IMG/VR virus record: IMGVR_UViG_3300021066_000068
Span: 46,135 to 110,134 of that record
Length of the DNA stretch: 64,000 bases
Origin: a virus
Lineage: Duplodnaviria; Caudoviricetes
Strand: one strand, 5' to 3'
This document shows, piece by piece, positions 1-8,792 of this stretch. The notes beneath the pieces are model-generated. The model saw only the letters and a program-made list of their open reading frames with translations. It did no database searches and had not been told where the DNA came from. The position numbers were made by a program, and so were the translations under genes. Position 1 is the stretch's first letter; the number at the start of each line of letters is the position of its first letter.

Positions 1-296
1 TAGACCGTAAAGGTGACGCCGCTGTCATCCCCGGTCGAGGTGATGTAGACCCGGCTCAAGGAGGGCAGATAGGCGACCGGGGCACCCGACACGGAACTGA
101 CCCGCGCTCCGTTGAGGGTGAGGTCACCCAGGGCCGCCGCCTGGGACAGGCAAACGCCATCGGCATCGAAGGTGTTCGCCGCCAAGTCCCCGTTGAGGAC
201 CAGATGCTGCGCTCCGGCCGCCACTTGCGACTGGGCCGCCCCATCGGCATCGGCGGCAGCCAGCGGTCCCACGGTCACTACCAAAGGCTGGGCCAT
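1..296 (-). CDS. Virion structural protein (partial; runs off the left edge)
   Basis: ATG at 296 after a GAGGA RBS; open frame MAQPLVVTVGPLAAADADG..., Ala/Gly/Thr-rich; lies downstream of the capsid genes. Confidence 0.6.
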   Translation of the reverse strand, partial: MAQPLVVTVGPLAAADADGAAQSQVAAGAQHLVLNGDLAANTFDADGVCLSQAAALGDLTLNGARVSSVSGAPVAYLPSLSRVYITSTGDDSGVTFTV

Positions 297-342
297 ATCC
301 GTCCTCGTTTCAGATTAAAAAAGAACGCCGCACCAGACCCCT

Positions 343-534
343 TTAGTGGTGGAAGCCCTTGAGGGTCTTGGCGAGTTGCGCCCGTTTGCGGGTTGTCGGG
401 TTGTCGGAATGCGCCGCCTCGTTCAGCTTCTTGGCGGGTATCTTCTCCCCCTCCTTCACCCCGAGAGTTTTGCGTAAGGCGCCGGGATGCTCAATCGCCC
501 CGGCAATCCAGTGCTTGTCCGATGCTTTGGCCAT
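343..534 (-). CDS. Small basic phage protein
   Basis: 63 aa with WIAGAIEHPGALRKTLGV, typical of head modules; RBS present. Confidence 0.7.
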   Translation of the reverse strand: MAKASDKHWIAGAIEHPGALRKTLGVKEGEKIPAKKLNEAAHSDNPTTRKRAQLAKTLKGFHH

Positions 535-540
535 GGTCCC

Positions 541-711
541 TCACTTCAGACGCGCGTGCATAGCAATCGCGTCTTCGTCTCCGCGCATCGTGCCCGTGGT
601 CTTGCCCTCGGCGCACTTGATGATCTTCTCGCCCCCGGCGTTCTGATGCGGGGCTTTCACCCCGACATCACGCATCTTGCCCTTGACCGGCGCGGGATAC
701 TTATGCCCCAT
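541..711 (-). CDS. Small basic hypothetical protein
   Basis: 56 aa MGHKYPAPVKGKMRD..., GGGGA RBS, fills the gap between co-oriented genes. Confidence 0.55.
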   Translation of the reverse strand: MGHKYPAPVKGKMRDVGVKAPHQNAGGEKIIKCAEGKTTGTMRGDEDAIAMHARLK

Positions 712-721
712 TCCGTCCCCC

Positions 722-1168
722 TTACGAGTCGAGCGTCTGGACGTACTGCATGGTCACGTAGGTCGTGCCAGCCGTCGTGGCGCCGGTCGGCGTCACCGTG
801 GCGACGACCGTGGTGTTGGTGTTCGTATCGACCATGGCGAGTATCTGGGCCGCCGTGAAGGTGATCGTGCCGCGGCCCGCCGTCTTGACATCGACCGAGG
901 TGACGTACTGCGTGCCCGCCGCCGCCGTGCCGATGGTGAGCACCGCCGACGTGGCCGAGTCCCAGGCCACCGAGGTGTCCACGATGAAGGTGACGATGCG
1001 GGTGTTTTTGGGGATCGCGAAGGTCGCGCTCACCGGGGTCGTGGAGTTCTGCGTGATCACCGCAGTTTGCGTCAGAAGCGCAAGGCCGGTGTTGGCCGGG
1101 CCATTCGCGTCTTCATTGAATTTCGGACCCGAGATCAGGGGGCCACTGAAGGTCGTGCCTACGGCCAT
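722..1168 (-). CDS. Virion structural protein (capsid-associated)
   Basis: 148 aa Thr/Ala/Val-rich beta-type protein immediately downstream of the MCP; TTFSGP N-terminus. Confidence 0.7.
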   Translation of the reverse strand: MAVGTTFSGPLISGPKFNEDANGPANTGLALLTQTAVITQNSTTPVSATFAIPKNTRIVTFIVDTSVAWDSATSAVLTIGTAAAGTQYVTSVDVKTAGRGTITFTAAQILAMVDTNTNTTVVATVTPTGATTAGTTYVTMQYVQTLDS

Positions 1169-1241
1169 GGCGCGAACGCGCTCCTCTGCTGTGCGTCAGG
1201 AAGGGAGCGGGCAGTTCTTTTGAAACTGCCCGCTGCTGTCG

Positions 1242-2159
1242 TTAGGCGGTCGGGAACGAGCCGAACACGGCGCGCGGGTCGTCGTAGGCCGGAGTGGCGC
1301 GCTCGTAGCCCTTGACGAGCAGGTTGTCCGACATATCGTCCACCCACATATCGGTCTCGTACTCGTCGCGGACCCAGAAGTTGAGGCCGTCGTTCTCGGT
1401 GCGCACGAACCACGCGAAGTTGGAGGTGAGGTAATCCACCACCGAGTAGCCTCTGACGCCGCCCTCCATGGAGCGCAGCGCGTTGATGTCGTTGTCGGCG
1501 GTGCCGGGCCGAAGCTCGGTGACGCAAATGCGCTCGGCCACGTCCATGAGGTTCACCGGCACCATCAGACCGTCGTTCTTCGGGCGGCCCATGATCTTCA
1601 GATTGCGCTCGTCCACCCAGTTGGTGCGGATGTTCTTGCACGCCTGGATGAGCGAACTGTCGTTGAGGTCGAGCATGGTCGTAAAGGTGTTCGACCACGT
1701 GGACTGATCGACCGGGTGGGCGGTAGAGAACAGCGGCTGACCATCACCACCGACATTGATGTTGTAGGTCTGGCCGTTGTTGAAGATGTTGAAGGCCTGA
1801 TACTCCCAGAACTCCTTGAAGGCCTTGGCCAAGCCCAGGGCCGTGGGCTTGAACTCCGACTTATAGAGGTTGTCGCGGATGGCCTTGCGGGTGATGGCAT
1901 AGCCCAGACCAACTTCGAAGGTCTCCGCCGAATAAATCCAGCGCTGACCGGCGTTGTTGTCGAACTGGGTGTTGCCGCCTTCCTGCTTCAGTTGCGCGTA
2001 GCCCATGTAGGCCATCTGCGCCTTGCGCTCGATGGCCATGGTGGACTGCTTGACCTTGAAGAACTTCTTGTACTGGGTCGGGATGTTCTTGTATTCACCC
2101 GCGACCTCATAGAGACCGGGGCGGAGCAGGTCGCGCTCTTGTGCGAGATTGATAGCCAT
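1242..2159 (-). CDS. Major capsid protein (HK97 fold, Mu gpT-like family)
   Basis: 305 aa, N-terminal LLRPGL motif, NDINAL...DYLTS..AWF, C-terminal DPRAVFG; strong codon bias and head-module position. Confidence 0.9.
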   Translation of the reverse strand: MAINLAQERDLLRPGLYEVAGEYKNIPTQYKKFFKVKQSTMAIERKAQMAYMGYAQLKQEGGNTQFDNNAGQRWIYSAETFEVGLGYAITRKAIRDNLYKSEFKPTALGLAKAFKEFWEYQAFNIFNNGQTYNINVGGDGQPLFSTAHPVDQSTWSNTFTTMLDLNDSSLIQACKNIRTNWVDERNLKIMGRPKNDGLMVPVNLMDVAERICVTELRPGTADNDINALRSMEGGVRGYSVVDYLTSNFAWFVRTENDGLNFWVRDEYETDMWVDDMSDNLLVKGYERATPAYDDPRAVFGSFPTA

Positions 2160-2186
2160 GGTTTAGGGTTCCTTGTCCGCCGGTTA

Positions 2187-2783
2187 TTAGATGCCCGTGA
2201 TCTGGTTGGAGTTGGCCGCGACGAGCACCCAGTTGTAGGCGCCAGCCTCGACACCCGGACCCACGCCACCCCCGTTCGCGGTCGTCCACAGATCGACGAT
2301 GGTCAGCGGCACTGTCGCGGTGTCCACGACCGTCGAGAGGTAGGAGCCCGAGAAGCCCGAGGTGGTATTGCCCGAGCCGACCACGATATCGACGTTCTTG
2401 CCGATGTCGGCGAAGGCGATGCCCGCGGCGCCCGACTGGACGACGAACGTCGGGTTGGGGGTCTGCTGGAAGGGGATGAGGAAGGCGTCCACATCGCCCG
2501 CGGCGTCCGTGCCCGGCCAGAAGCGGTTGAAGATGCGCGCCTGCTGGGAAATCGAATAGTATTCGCAGCCAAAGAACACCCCGGCCGCCTGCGAGACCGC
2601 GGTGCCGTTGGTCCACTGAGCGAGATAGCCGGTGGCAAGCCGCTTGACGAGATCGCCGCAGAAGATCGGCGTCGTGTCGTCCTTGTCGATCCCGCCAAAA
2701 CGGGTCGTCATGCCGAAGTTGGTGACAGGCGAGCCATTGAGGCCAACCTGCCGAAGTCCGAAGGGTGCGTTGGTGTTTGCCAT
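2187..2783 (-). CDS. Capsid decoration/cement protein
   Basis: MANTNAPFGLR N-terminus, IFCGDLV and GVFFGCEY motifs; directly upstream of the MCP. Confidence 0.75.
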   Translation of the reverse strand: MANTNAPFGLRQVGLNGSPVTNFGMTTRFGGIDKDDTTPIFCGDLVKRLATGYLAQWTNGTAVSQAAGVFFGCEYYSISQQARIFNRFWPGTDAAGDVDAFLIPFQQTPNPTFVVQSGAAGIAFADIGKNVDIVVGSGNTTSGFSGSYLSTVVDTATVPLTIVDLWTTANGGGVGPGVEAGAYNWVLVAANSNQITGI

Positions 2784-2834
2784 GGCCTTTGGGCGCCCGA
2801 GTTGTCTGGCTTGCCCACAAAGGCCTTAGGCGCG

Positions 2835-2859
2835 AGTTCTACGAAATTTTCGTAGAACT
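2835..2859. promoter_or_regulatory. Perfect palindrome upstream of the capsid operon (operator candidate)
   Basis: AGTTCTACGAAA-T-TTTCGTAGAACT, 12-bp arms. Confidence 0.5.
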
Positions 2860-3127
2860 TACAGCGCGAAGACGCAGAGGGGAGCGAAGCCAATGAATTG
2901 ACCTGCTGACGGACGCGCCCCATGGACAACTGCAAGGGCCTGCCAGCGCTCGCTCCCCTCTTGAACTCAACCGTCGCCTGACGGTGGGAGAGTAAATTCC
3001 CGATCACCTCGCGTGATGGGTACGCCTCGATACTGAACTGGGAACACCTGTTGGGAAAAGGTATTGCCTTTTGCGCTGTGATTCGTCAATCGCTATGATT
3101 GCCCAAAACCTGAGTGAGGGGGATCAC

Positions 3128-3409
3128 ATGAGCGACCTGTGGGCGGAACTCGTCGTTTTCGGCCTCATCCTCATCATCACGCCATTGGTGCTTGCCTTAC
3201 GCGCTGGCGTGCTGGAGGAGGATGAGTTCGTGCATTGGCTTACATCGCTCCCCGAGCGCCAGATATTCTTCTTCGCCGGAGCGCCGCTTTCAGGGGTGCT
3301 GTTTTATGGGGGTGCGGAATTGTGCTTGGACTGGGGAAGTAAAGAATGCAGGCCCGCCGGAACGGCTTACGAAGTGGGATGGAGAAAGGAGCCCGTCCTG
3401 CCCGGTTGA
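3128..3409 (+). CDS. Putative small membrane protein
   Basis: GAGGGGG RBS then ATG; two hydrophobic stretches; 3' end overlaps a structured region. Confidence 0.4.
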   Translation: MSDLWAELVVFGLILIITPLVLALRAGVLEEDEFVHWLTSLPERQIFFFAGAPLSGVLFYGGAELCLDWGSKECRPAGTAYEVGWRKEPVLPG

Positions 3410-3624
3410 CGGCCAACCCACTCACCTGCACCCTACGTGGTGGTCCGATTTGAGGTCGAACATGACTTATCCCATGAAACGGGACTGTTGCCGCCACCCA
3501 TCGGACCTCTCGTGTTAGTAGGAGCCACGCAACCCCCCGTGGAGACGGCGGCAACAGCGAAAGACCGCAACGCCCGGCTACAGACCGCCAGTCTACCCCT
3601 GATTCGGGATGGCCGAAACGACAA

Positions 3625-3651
3625 AGGGCGCTCCATCCAGCGGAGCGCCCT
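3625..3651 (-). terminator. Intrinsic terminator downstream of hns
   Basis: AGGGCGCTCC stem followed on the minus strand by TTGTCGTTT. Confidence 0.55.
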
Positions 3652-3774
3652 CAGATTGCAAGGCTTCGAGTTTCTGGGCTTTACCCCAGGGGATACATGG
3701 GAACCTCCCGCTCGGTTATTCGATTGAGACCCATTGGGCCCTATCAAACAATCATCAGCGGAAGGATTGTAGCC

Positions 3775-4104
3775 TTAGACCCGAAAGTCGTCAAGCTTGG
3801 CGCCCTTGTTGAGCCGGTCGATCAACCAGTTCGACTTGCGCCCGTGCCCGCTCCAGGTCTTTTTGGGGTCATTGGGATCACGGTACTTGGGGGCCATCTG
3901 CTGCTTGTAGCCGCCCTTGGGGGAGAGCTTCTTGCCGAAGATTTCGTCGAGCGAGGTGAACCCCTTGCGCTTGACGATATCGACCAGTTCCTTGCGGACC
4001 TCGGTGGCCTCGGCGGCCTTGCGGAGCTTGATGGCTTCGGTGAGATCGTCCTGCACCTTCTGGAGATCGCGGAGCTTCATTTGCGAGAATTCACGAACCG
4101 ACAT
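3775..4104 (-). CDS. hns: H-NS family nucleoid-structuring protein
   Basis: 109 aa; N-terminal coiled coil, PKYRDP...TWSGHGRKSNW...LDDF C-terminal DNA-binding domain; AGGAAGG RBS. Confidence 0.9.
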   Translation of the reverse strand: MSVREFSQMKLRDLQKVQDDLTEAIKLRKAAEATEVRKELVDIVKRKGFTSLDEIFGKKLSPKGGYKQQMAPKYRDPNDPKKTWSGHGRKSNWLIDRLNKGAKLDDFRV

Positions 4105-4192
4105 GACTTCCTTCCTACTTGACTGAATGACTGGCACCAACGCGCGAGTACGCCTCACCTCGCCGTGGATATTAGGGAGGATGGTGGCGAAT

Positions 4193-4420
4193 TCAAGTCT
4201 TTGCGGTACTTTTGCGCACGTGGCGATGGGCCAGAATACCAGCCCGCTCAAGGACCCGGCGGTTCTTATTGGCCTGGGCGTCGTAGAACTTCTTCGCCTT
4301 GTCATCCCCCGCCTCTTCAGCAAGGCAGGCCGCGGCCAGAAGAGCGAGATAGGACTTCCTCAACTCCTCGAAGGCGTCATCGATGGTCTTCGCCGCCGTT
4401 GCGTAGGTCTCCAGCGACAT
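4193..4420 (-). CDS. Hypothetical protein
   Basis: 75 aa ORF, ATG preceded by GGAGG. Confidence 0.55.
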   Translation of the reverse strand: MSLETYATAAKTIDDAFEELRKSYLALLAAACLAEEAGDDKAKKFYDAQANKNRRVLERAGILAHRHVRKSTAKT

Positions 4421-4535
4421 CCTCCAAACTCCCCAAAAAACAGTTTTACACTTTTTGTTTGTGAATGATTTCAATGAGCCGGTTGAGCTAACCCATTGAT
4501 GTTTGGCCGCGATTCAAAATCACGCTTTTCGGCTG

Positions 4536-4592
4536 TGGTATAATAAGCACGTCGGGTGAGTTTTGCGACAGCCCGACGTGCTCTTTGACAAT
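4536..4592 (+). promoter_or_regulatory. Extended -10 promoter followed by a hairpin and a boxA-like sequence
   Basis: TGgTATAAT, then an 11-bp stem AGCACGTCGGG/CCCGACGTGCT, then TGCTCTTTGACAAT. Confidence 0.55.
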
Positions 4593-4604
4593 TGGAGAAA
4601 CGAC

Positions 4605-5048
4605 ATGCTTTACGAAGCCGTCAATCCCGGCGCGCTGCGCTCGTGGTGTGGACCCACGGTCATAGCCGCCATCACGGGATTGGCTATACCATCAGTAAAG
4701 GCCCGCATCAAGAAGGTGCGCGGTCACAATGGGCCGGTGAAGGGCACCCACACCTGGGAGGTGCGCAAGGTGCTGGAAGAGTTGGGCTACCAGATGGAGC
4801 ACCAGCCTCTCTACCGGAACGGAGCCCTTCGCGCCGGAGGCCTGAAGCTCACCTTAGCCCAATGGCTCAAGCGGCCCCGCGATATGGAGGCCGCTTACAT
4901 CCTGGAGGTGACCAACCACTGGGTGGCCGTCAAAGGCCGCTGGTTTTGCGACACCTACACCAAGGGTGTGCCCGTCCGCTGCACGCAAGCCCCGCGTAAG
5001 CGCAAGCGGGTGTGCAATGTCTACAAGGTAACGCCCGTGCGTCGCTAG
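4605..5048 (+). CDS. Putative papain-fold (C39-like) cysteine peptidase
   Basis: WCGPTVIA...NHWVAV...FCDT gives a Cys-His-Asp order as in C39 peptidases; GGAGA RBS. Confidence 0.55.
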   Translation: MLYEAVNPGALRSWCGPTVIAAITGLAIPSVKARIKKVRGHNGPVKGTHTWEVRKVLEELGYQMEHQPLYRNGALRAGGLKLTLAQWLKRPRDMEAAYILEVTNHWVAVKGRWFCDTYTKGVPVRCTQAPRKRKRVCNVYKVTPVRR

Positions 5049-5055
5049 AACGACG

Positions 5056-5087
5056 AAGGCCCCAGCTTCACCGGCTGGGGCCTTTTT
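5056..5087 (+). terminator. Intrinsic terminator
   Basis: AAGGCCCCAGC-loop-GCTGGGGCCTT followed by TTT. Confidence 0.8.
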
Positions 5088-5117
5088 GGTATCCACGGCG
5101 CCCTAGGTTGCGTTACC

Positions 5118-5537
5118 CTGAGGGGTGGAACCTTGGATGCATCATACCTAGCGATGCCATCCCCTCAGACCGTGAATTGGTATTGATGTCCGGGGCGGAC
5201 GAGTTGCGGCCTGCATCGCAGCAAGACCATCCACGCCGTCAGGCTTTGCCGCTCTGCGCATTGGCTCAGCCGTAGCCCTGGACATCAATTGGTATTAGCT
5301 TCGGTGCCTCAGTGTCTTTCCCGTCTGACCAACAAGGGCGATCTTGCGGGAGCGATCTCGTTGGCTCTCCCTGAGGGACGCAGGCACGACTGGCCGTGAA
5401 GTGACGGGCTGCGAAGCTAATTTGGTTATTCCGCTGCGGCTATCTTCGAGGGAGATTCCCACCCACCGCCGATAAGCCAATTGTAAATCCTGTCGGCGTC
5501 TCGCATAACCTCATCCAACGTGTGGGGCTTGCCGATA
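5118..5537. ncRNA. Candidate structured ncRNA (array of long hairpins)
   Basis: Five consecutive stem-closed units separated by AATTGGTATT-like linkers; no credible ORF. Confidence 0.45.
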
Positions 5538-5593
5538 ACATCAGCCATCGCCGCATCGAGCGCCTTGAGCCGGGCCTTCTCCACGTCCATATT

Positions 5594-5740
5594 TCACCCC
5601 TCCCGCATAATGATCTGCGGCGGCGGCTTGATATAGAGCACCGCGGCCACCGTCAACACCGCTACCGCACCTAAGACCAGAAAAGCAAGCGAGGCGCAGA
5701 TCATAGGTGTGAGTATGTCGCCGTTGCGTTTGCAGGCCAT
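5594..5740 (-). CDS. Small membrane protein
   Basis: 48 aa ORF coupled to the stop of the upstream gene, one hydrophobic helix. Confidence 0.4.
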   Translation of the reverse strand: MACKRNGDILTPMICASLAFLVLGAVAVLTVAAVLYIKPPPQIIMREG

Positions 5741-6324
5741 CACTCATCCGCCTCATAGGTATAGCCCGCCCCGCCGAACTCCGGTCCCGATTGGGTGGCA
5801 AAGCCGGTGGTTTCGACGCGCACGCCCGATTTGCGCTTGGCATCGGGATGGTCAAAGTCGGTGATGGTCTTGGGAACCGCCATACCGGCGCGGGCAAAGG
5901 CATCGCCCACCTGGGCGTCGGCCTTGCGCTTGTCGCGCATCTTGGAAATGCGCGTGGCCTCCATCGGCCGCTCCATGAGGAGCATGCCACCGCGGCGAAT
6001 GGGGCCGGTCATCCCCAGAGGGAGAAACAGACCATCGTGGCGCTCGGCTGGAACCGGCTCCCAGCCCGCCTGCGAGAGGTTGACCTGATGCTGGGTCCAG
6101 GGCGCGTTGGCCACCGTCTCGGTCTTCCATTCGTAGTCCCAGCCGTCAGGAATGATCGAGCGGTCGAACTCGAACTGGTTTTCGGGGTTGGCCAAGTCCA
6201 TGTTGATCGGCCGCCCGGAGCGGGTGCGTAGCACATGCCGGTCGTCCTCCACCCGCGCCTCCTGGCGGGGCGCTGGAACATCGCGGCCAGCGGTCTTGGC
6301 TTTGGGTGCGGTCTTGGTCGCCAT
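5740..6324 (-). CDS. Conserved head-module protein
   Basis: IPDGWDYEW...GWEPVPAERH...GGMLLMERP motif; sits between the scaffold and decoration genes. Confidence 0.75.
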   Translation of the reverse strand: MATKTAPKAKTAGRDVPAPRQEARVEDDRHVLRTRSGRPINMDLANPENQFEFDRSIIPDGWDYEWKTETVANAPWTQHQVNLSQAGWEPVPAERHDGLFLPLGMTGPIRRGGMLLMERPMEATRISKMRDKRKADAQVGDAFARAGMAVPKTITDFDHPDAKRKSGVRVETTGFATQSGPEFGGAGYTYEADE

Positions 6325-6420
6325 AACATTCCCCCTTTAAGGTGCTCTCCCCGTTTCACCTTTATGGGAGGGGAGAAGGCAACAGGTCTCAGCTTGTGGA
6401 TTCGGTCGCCTGAACCCCAA

Positions 6421-7539
6421 TTACTTCAGGTTTTCCTGGTAGTCCCAATCCAGATAGTTCTTCGGGTACTTGCCCTCGGCAATCATCTGCTTGACGTTCT
6501 TGGCGTAGACTTCCGGGTCGGAGCCGATCTCTTTCGCCGCATTCACCAAACGCGGGTGCAGGCGCAGCTTTGACCCGGAAGGGTTTTTCGAGGAGTAGAA
6601 GTCCCCCGACCGCGTCACCGGAGCCCCCGGCGGGGCTTTCTTCTTGTCCGCCACCTGCGGCTTGTCGTCTTCCTCGGTCATCCGGCGTTCCTTTTCGGGG
6701 AAGAACTTGGAATTGAGCGCATCCAGGAATGCGTCGCCCTTCAAATCACCCTCATCCACCGCTACAAAGGCATTGGTGAAGGCCAGCCATTTCTGGTGCT
6801 GCTTGGGATCGTCGGTAAATTCGGGATGGTCCTTCAGCCACTGGACCACCTTGGAGGAGGTCTTGTTGCCAAGGTCTGCCAGCCATTCGTCCTTCGAGGG
6901 GCGCTTGGGCTCCTCGACCTTCTTGGCTTCGACCTTCGGCGCCTCTTCGGTCTTGGTCTCCGTCTTGGGTTTGGGCTTGATCCCATCGGCCAGCCACTGC
7001 TTGGCCCGCAGGACCTCCTGCTCGGCCCCGGCTTTCCCGGCTTCCAACTGCACAAGCTCGGCTTCCGCCTTGGCGATCATGCGCCGGGCCTTCTGGGCCC
7101 GCTCCCGCTCCCCCGCCTCCTCCGCCGCCAACTCCTCGCGCGACAGGGCTTCCAGGGTCATTTGCGTCGAACGAATAACGGTATCGATCTGGTTGAGGTC
7201 GCCCTGCACCTTTTCGTGGTGGGCGCGCAGCGCGTAGACCTCGTTCTTGCGCGAAGTCTCCTCGACCTCGGTCAGGCGGGCATCGCGTGAGGCGATGTCC
7301 TTTTGCCGCTCTTCCTCCAAGGCCCGCGCCCGGGCAATGGCTTCATCGCGCTCGCGCTTGATGGTATCGAAGACGGTGGGGTCAATAGCACTCGTTTGCC
7401 CATTGACCTTATCCTTGCCCTCTTTGGGGCTTACCTTTTCTTCAGCGTCTTCGACATCGGGTGATACCCACCCAGCCGCCGCTGCCGCCGTCAGGTCCTC
7501 GGGCAACTCGATGATCAGCCCTTGATTTTCGTTACCCAT
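6421..7539 (-). CDS. Putative capsid scaffolding protein
   Basis: 372 aa charged coiled coil; C-terminal AAKEIG..PEVYAK; position in the head module. Confidence 0.7.
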   Translation of the reverse strand: MGNENQGLIIELPEDLTAAAAAGWVSPDVEDAEEKVSPKEGKDKVNGQTSAIDPTVFDTIKRERDEAIARARALEEERQKDIASRDARLTEVEETSRKNEVYALRAHHEKVQGDLNQIDTVIRSTQMTLEALSREELAAEEAGERERAQKARRMIAKAEAELVQLEAGKAGAEQEVLRAKQWLADGIKPKPKTETKTEEAPKVEAKKVEEPKRPSKDEWLADLGNKTSSKVVQWLKDHPEFTDDPKQHQKWLAFTNAFVAVDEGDLKGDAFLDALNSKFFPEKERRMTEEDDKPQVADKKKAPPGAPVTRSGDFYSSKNPSGSKLRLHPRLVNAAKEIGSDPEVYAKNVKQMIAEGKYPKNYLDWDYQENLK

Positions 7540-7638
7540 GTGGCCCCTTAGATGTTGACACTCCCCGCTTCAACGCAATGGGAGCGGAGAAGGCGATACG
7601 CTTTCACTTGTCAGGCCGGTGGCCTGAAACAAAGCCGA

Positions 7639-8184
7639 TCACCAAATCGAATCGGGGTGGGGAATCTTGCCGATGATTCCAGCTTCCGTAAAGACACGGC
7701 AGAACACACCATTGACCTCACAGGCCATGCCATCCGAAGGACGGAACCACACCCAGTCCCCGATATTGTTCTTCGTTCCATGGAATTTGGTCAGGTCATC
7801 GTCCACGTAGGCCTGCGGGCCCATGGCGACAATCAAGCCCACCTTGCCCTGCCACAGGTACTCTTCCAGGTCCTGGTCGGAGGCCATCTGGGTGAGGAGA
7901 ATGCCGCCCGAGGTCTTCTCCGCGAACGGCGGTTGATAGACGGCGACGAGTATCTTGGACAGTTGCACCGTTCCTTCGGGAACAAGGCCCACCCTCTCGC
8001 GCAGGACTTCCTTGGGATCGCGGTCGTGCTGGAAGGACACCGAAGCCTTCGACCTTGCCCCGACGCCACCGTTGATCGACACGCGCCGCTTCTGCGGGGT
8101 GGAAATCCAGTCGCCCCTCTCAAGCCTGGAAACGGCCTCAACCACCGTCTTGATGTCCGATTTCTTAACGGCTGTCGTCGTCAT
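7639..8184 (-). CDS. groES: GroES-like co-chaperonin
   Basis: EKTSGGILL mobile loop, GLIVAMGP, GDWVWF. Confidence 0.8.
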   Translation of the reverse strand: MTTTAVKKSDIKTVVEAVSRLERGDWISTPQKRRVSINGGVGARSKASVSFQHDRDPKEVLRERVGLVPEGTVQLSKILVAVYQPPFAEKTSGGILLTQMASDQDLEEYLWQGKVGLIVAMGPQAYVDDDLTKFHGTKNNIGDWVWFRPSDGMACEVNGVFCRVFTEAGIIGKIPHPDSIW

Positions 8185-8186
8185 GC

Positions 8187-8474
8187 TTATCCCTCAAAGT
8201 CCACGTTGACTCGCATCTTCGCATCGACATCGATGGGCTCGCGCCCATGCAGTTCATCGTCCACTTCCTGGAGGTACTTGAGCACCCCGCGCATGGCGGC
8301 GATGAACCCGATGTAGCGGGCGCAGTTCATGCCCGTCGCTCCTGCATCATCCCGGATCACCTGGGTGCCCGAGCCCAATTCGTTGTAGGCGTCGTTCAAC
8401 CCCTCCACGACCTTCTTGCGGACCATGTTCAAGGACCGTGTATCGAGGGGGTTGACGATGACCTTAGTTGCCAC
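8187..8474 (-). CDS. Hypothetical phage protein
   Basis: GTG start, helical, YIGFIAAMRG; between portal and GroES. Confidence 0.6.
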   Translation of the reverse strand: MATKVIVNPLDTRSLNMVRKKVVEGLNDAYNELGSGTQVIRDDAGATGMNCARYIGFIAAMRGVLKYLQEVDDELHGREPIDVDAKMRVNVDFEG

Positions 8475-8670
8475 GCGCCACCCATCCCGAGCAGGAGGCC
8501 TTATCGGTGGTGACAATCGGCGCTGCCAGAGCCTTGCCCGACAGCATGCACTGGCCAAAGGCGCCTCGGCCATTCGCCAAGGGCATCCAGTTGAGGCAGG
8601 TGGCACATTCGCGAAGTTCTTTATAGGGAACGTCAATCGCCGCCAAATCGCCTGCTCTCGCCTTGACCAT
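8464..8670 (-). CDS. Small Cys-rich (Zn-binding) protein
   Basis: CATCLNW...GQC...SCSGW. Confidence 0.6.
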   Translation of the reverse strand: MVKARAGDLAAIDVPYKELRECATCLNWMPLANGRGAFGQCMLSGKALAAPIVTTDKASCSGWVARGN

Positions 8671-8792
8671 AACGAACTCCCCCGTGAATCTCTAACTGCA
8701 ACCGTGCAAAAGGCGCCTCCCTTTGGTCAAGAGAAGCGCCTTCTATTGCTGTTCACAGAGGCGAGTTGTAGAACCGAGTGTGGCCGAATTGT

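Noticed and set aside
5175-5430. CRISPR-like reading of the AATTGGTATT repeats
   Set aside because: Repeats are about 10 nt with 110-130 nt self-paired spacers, and there are no cas genes
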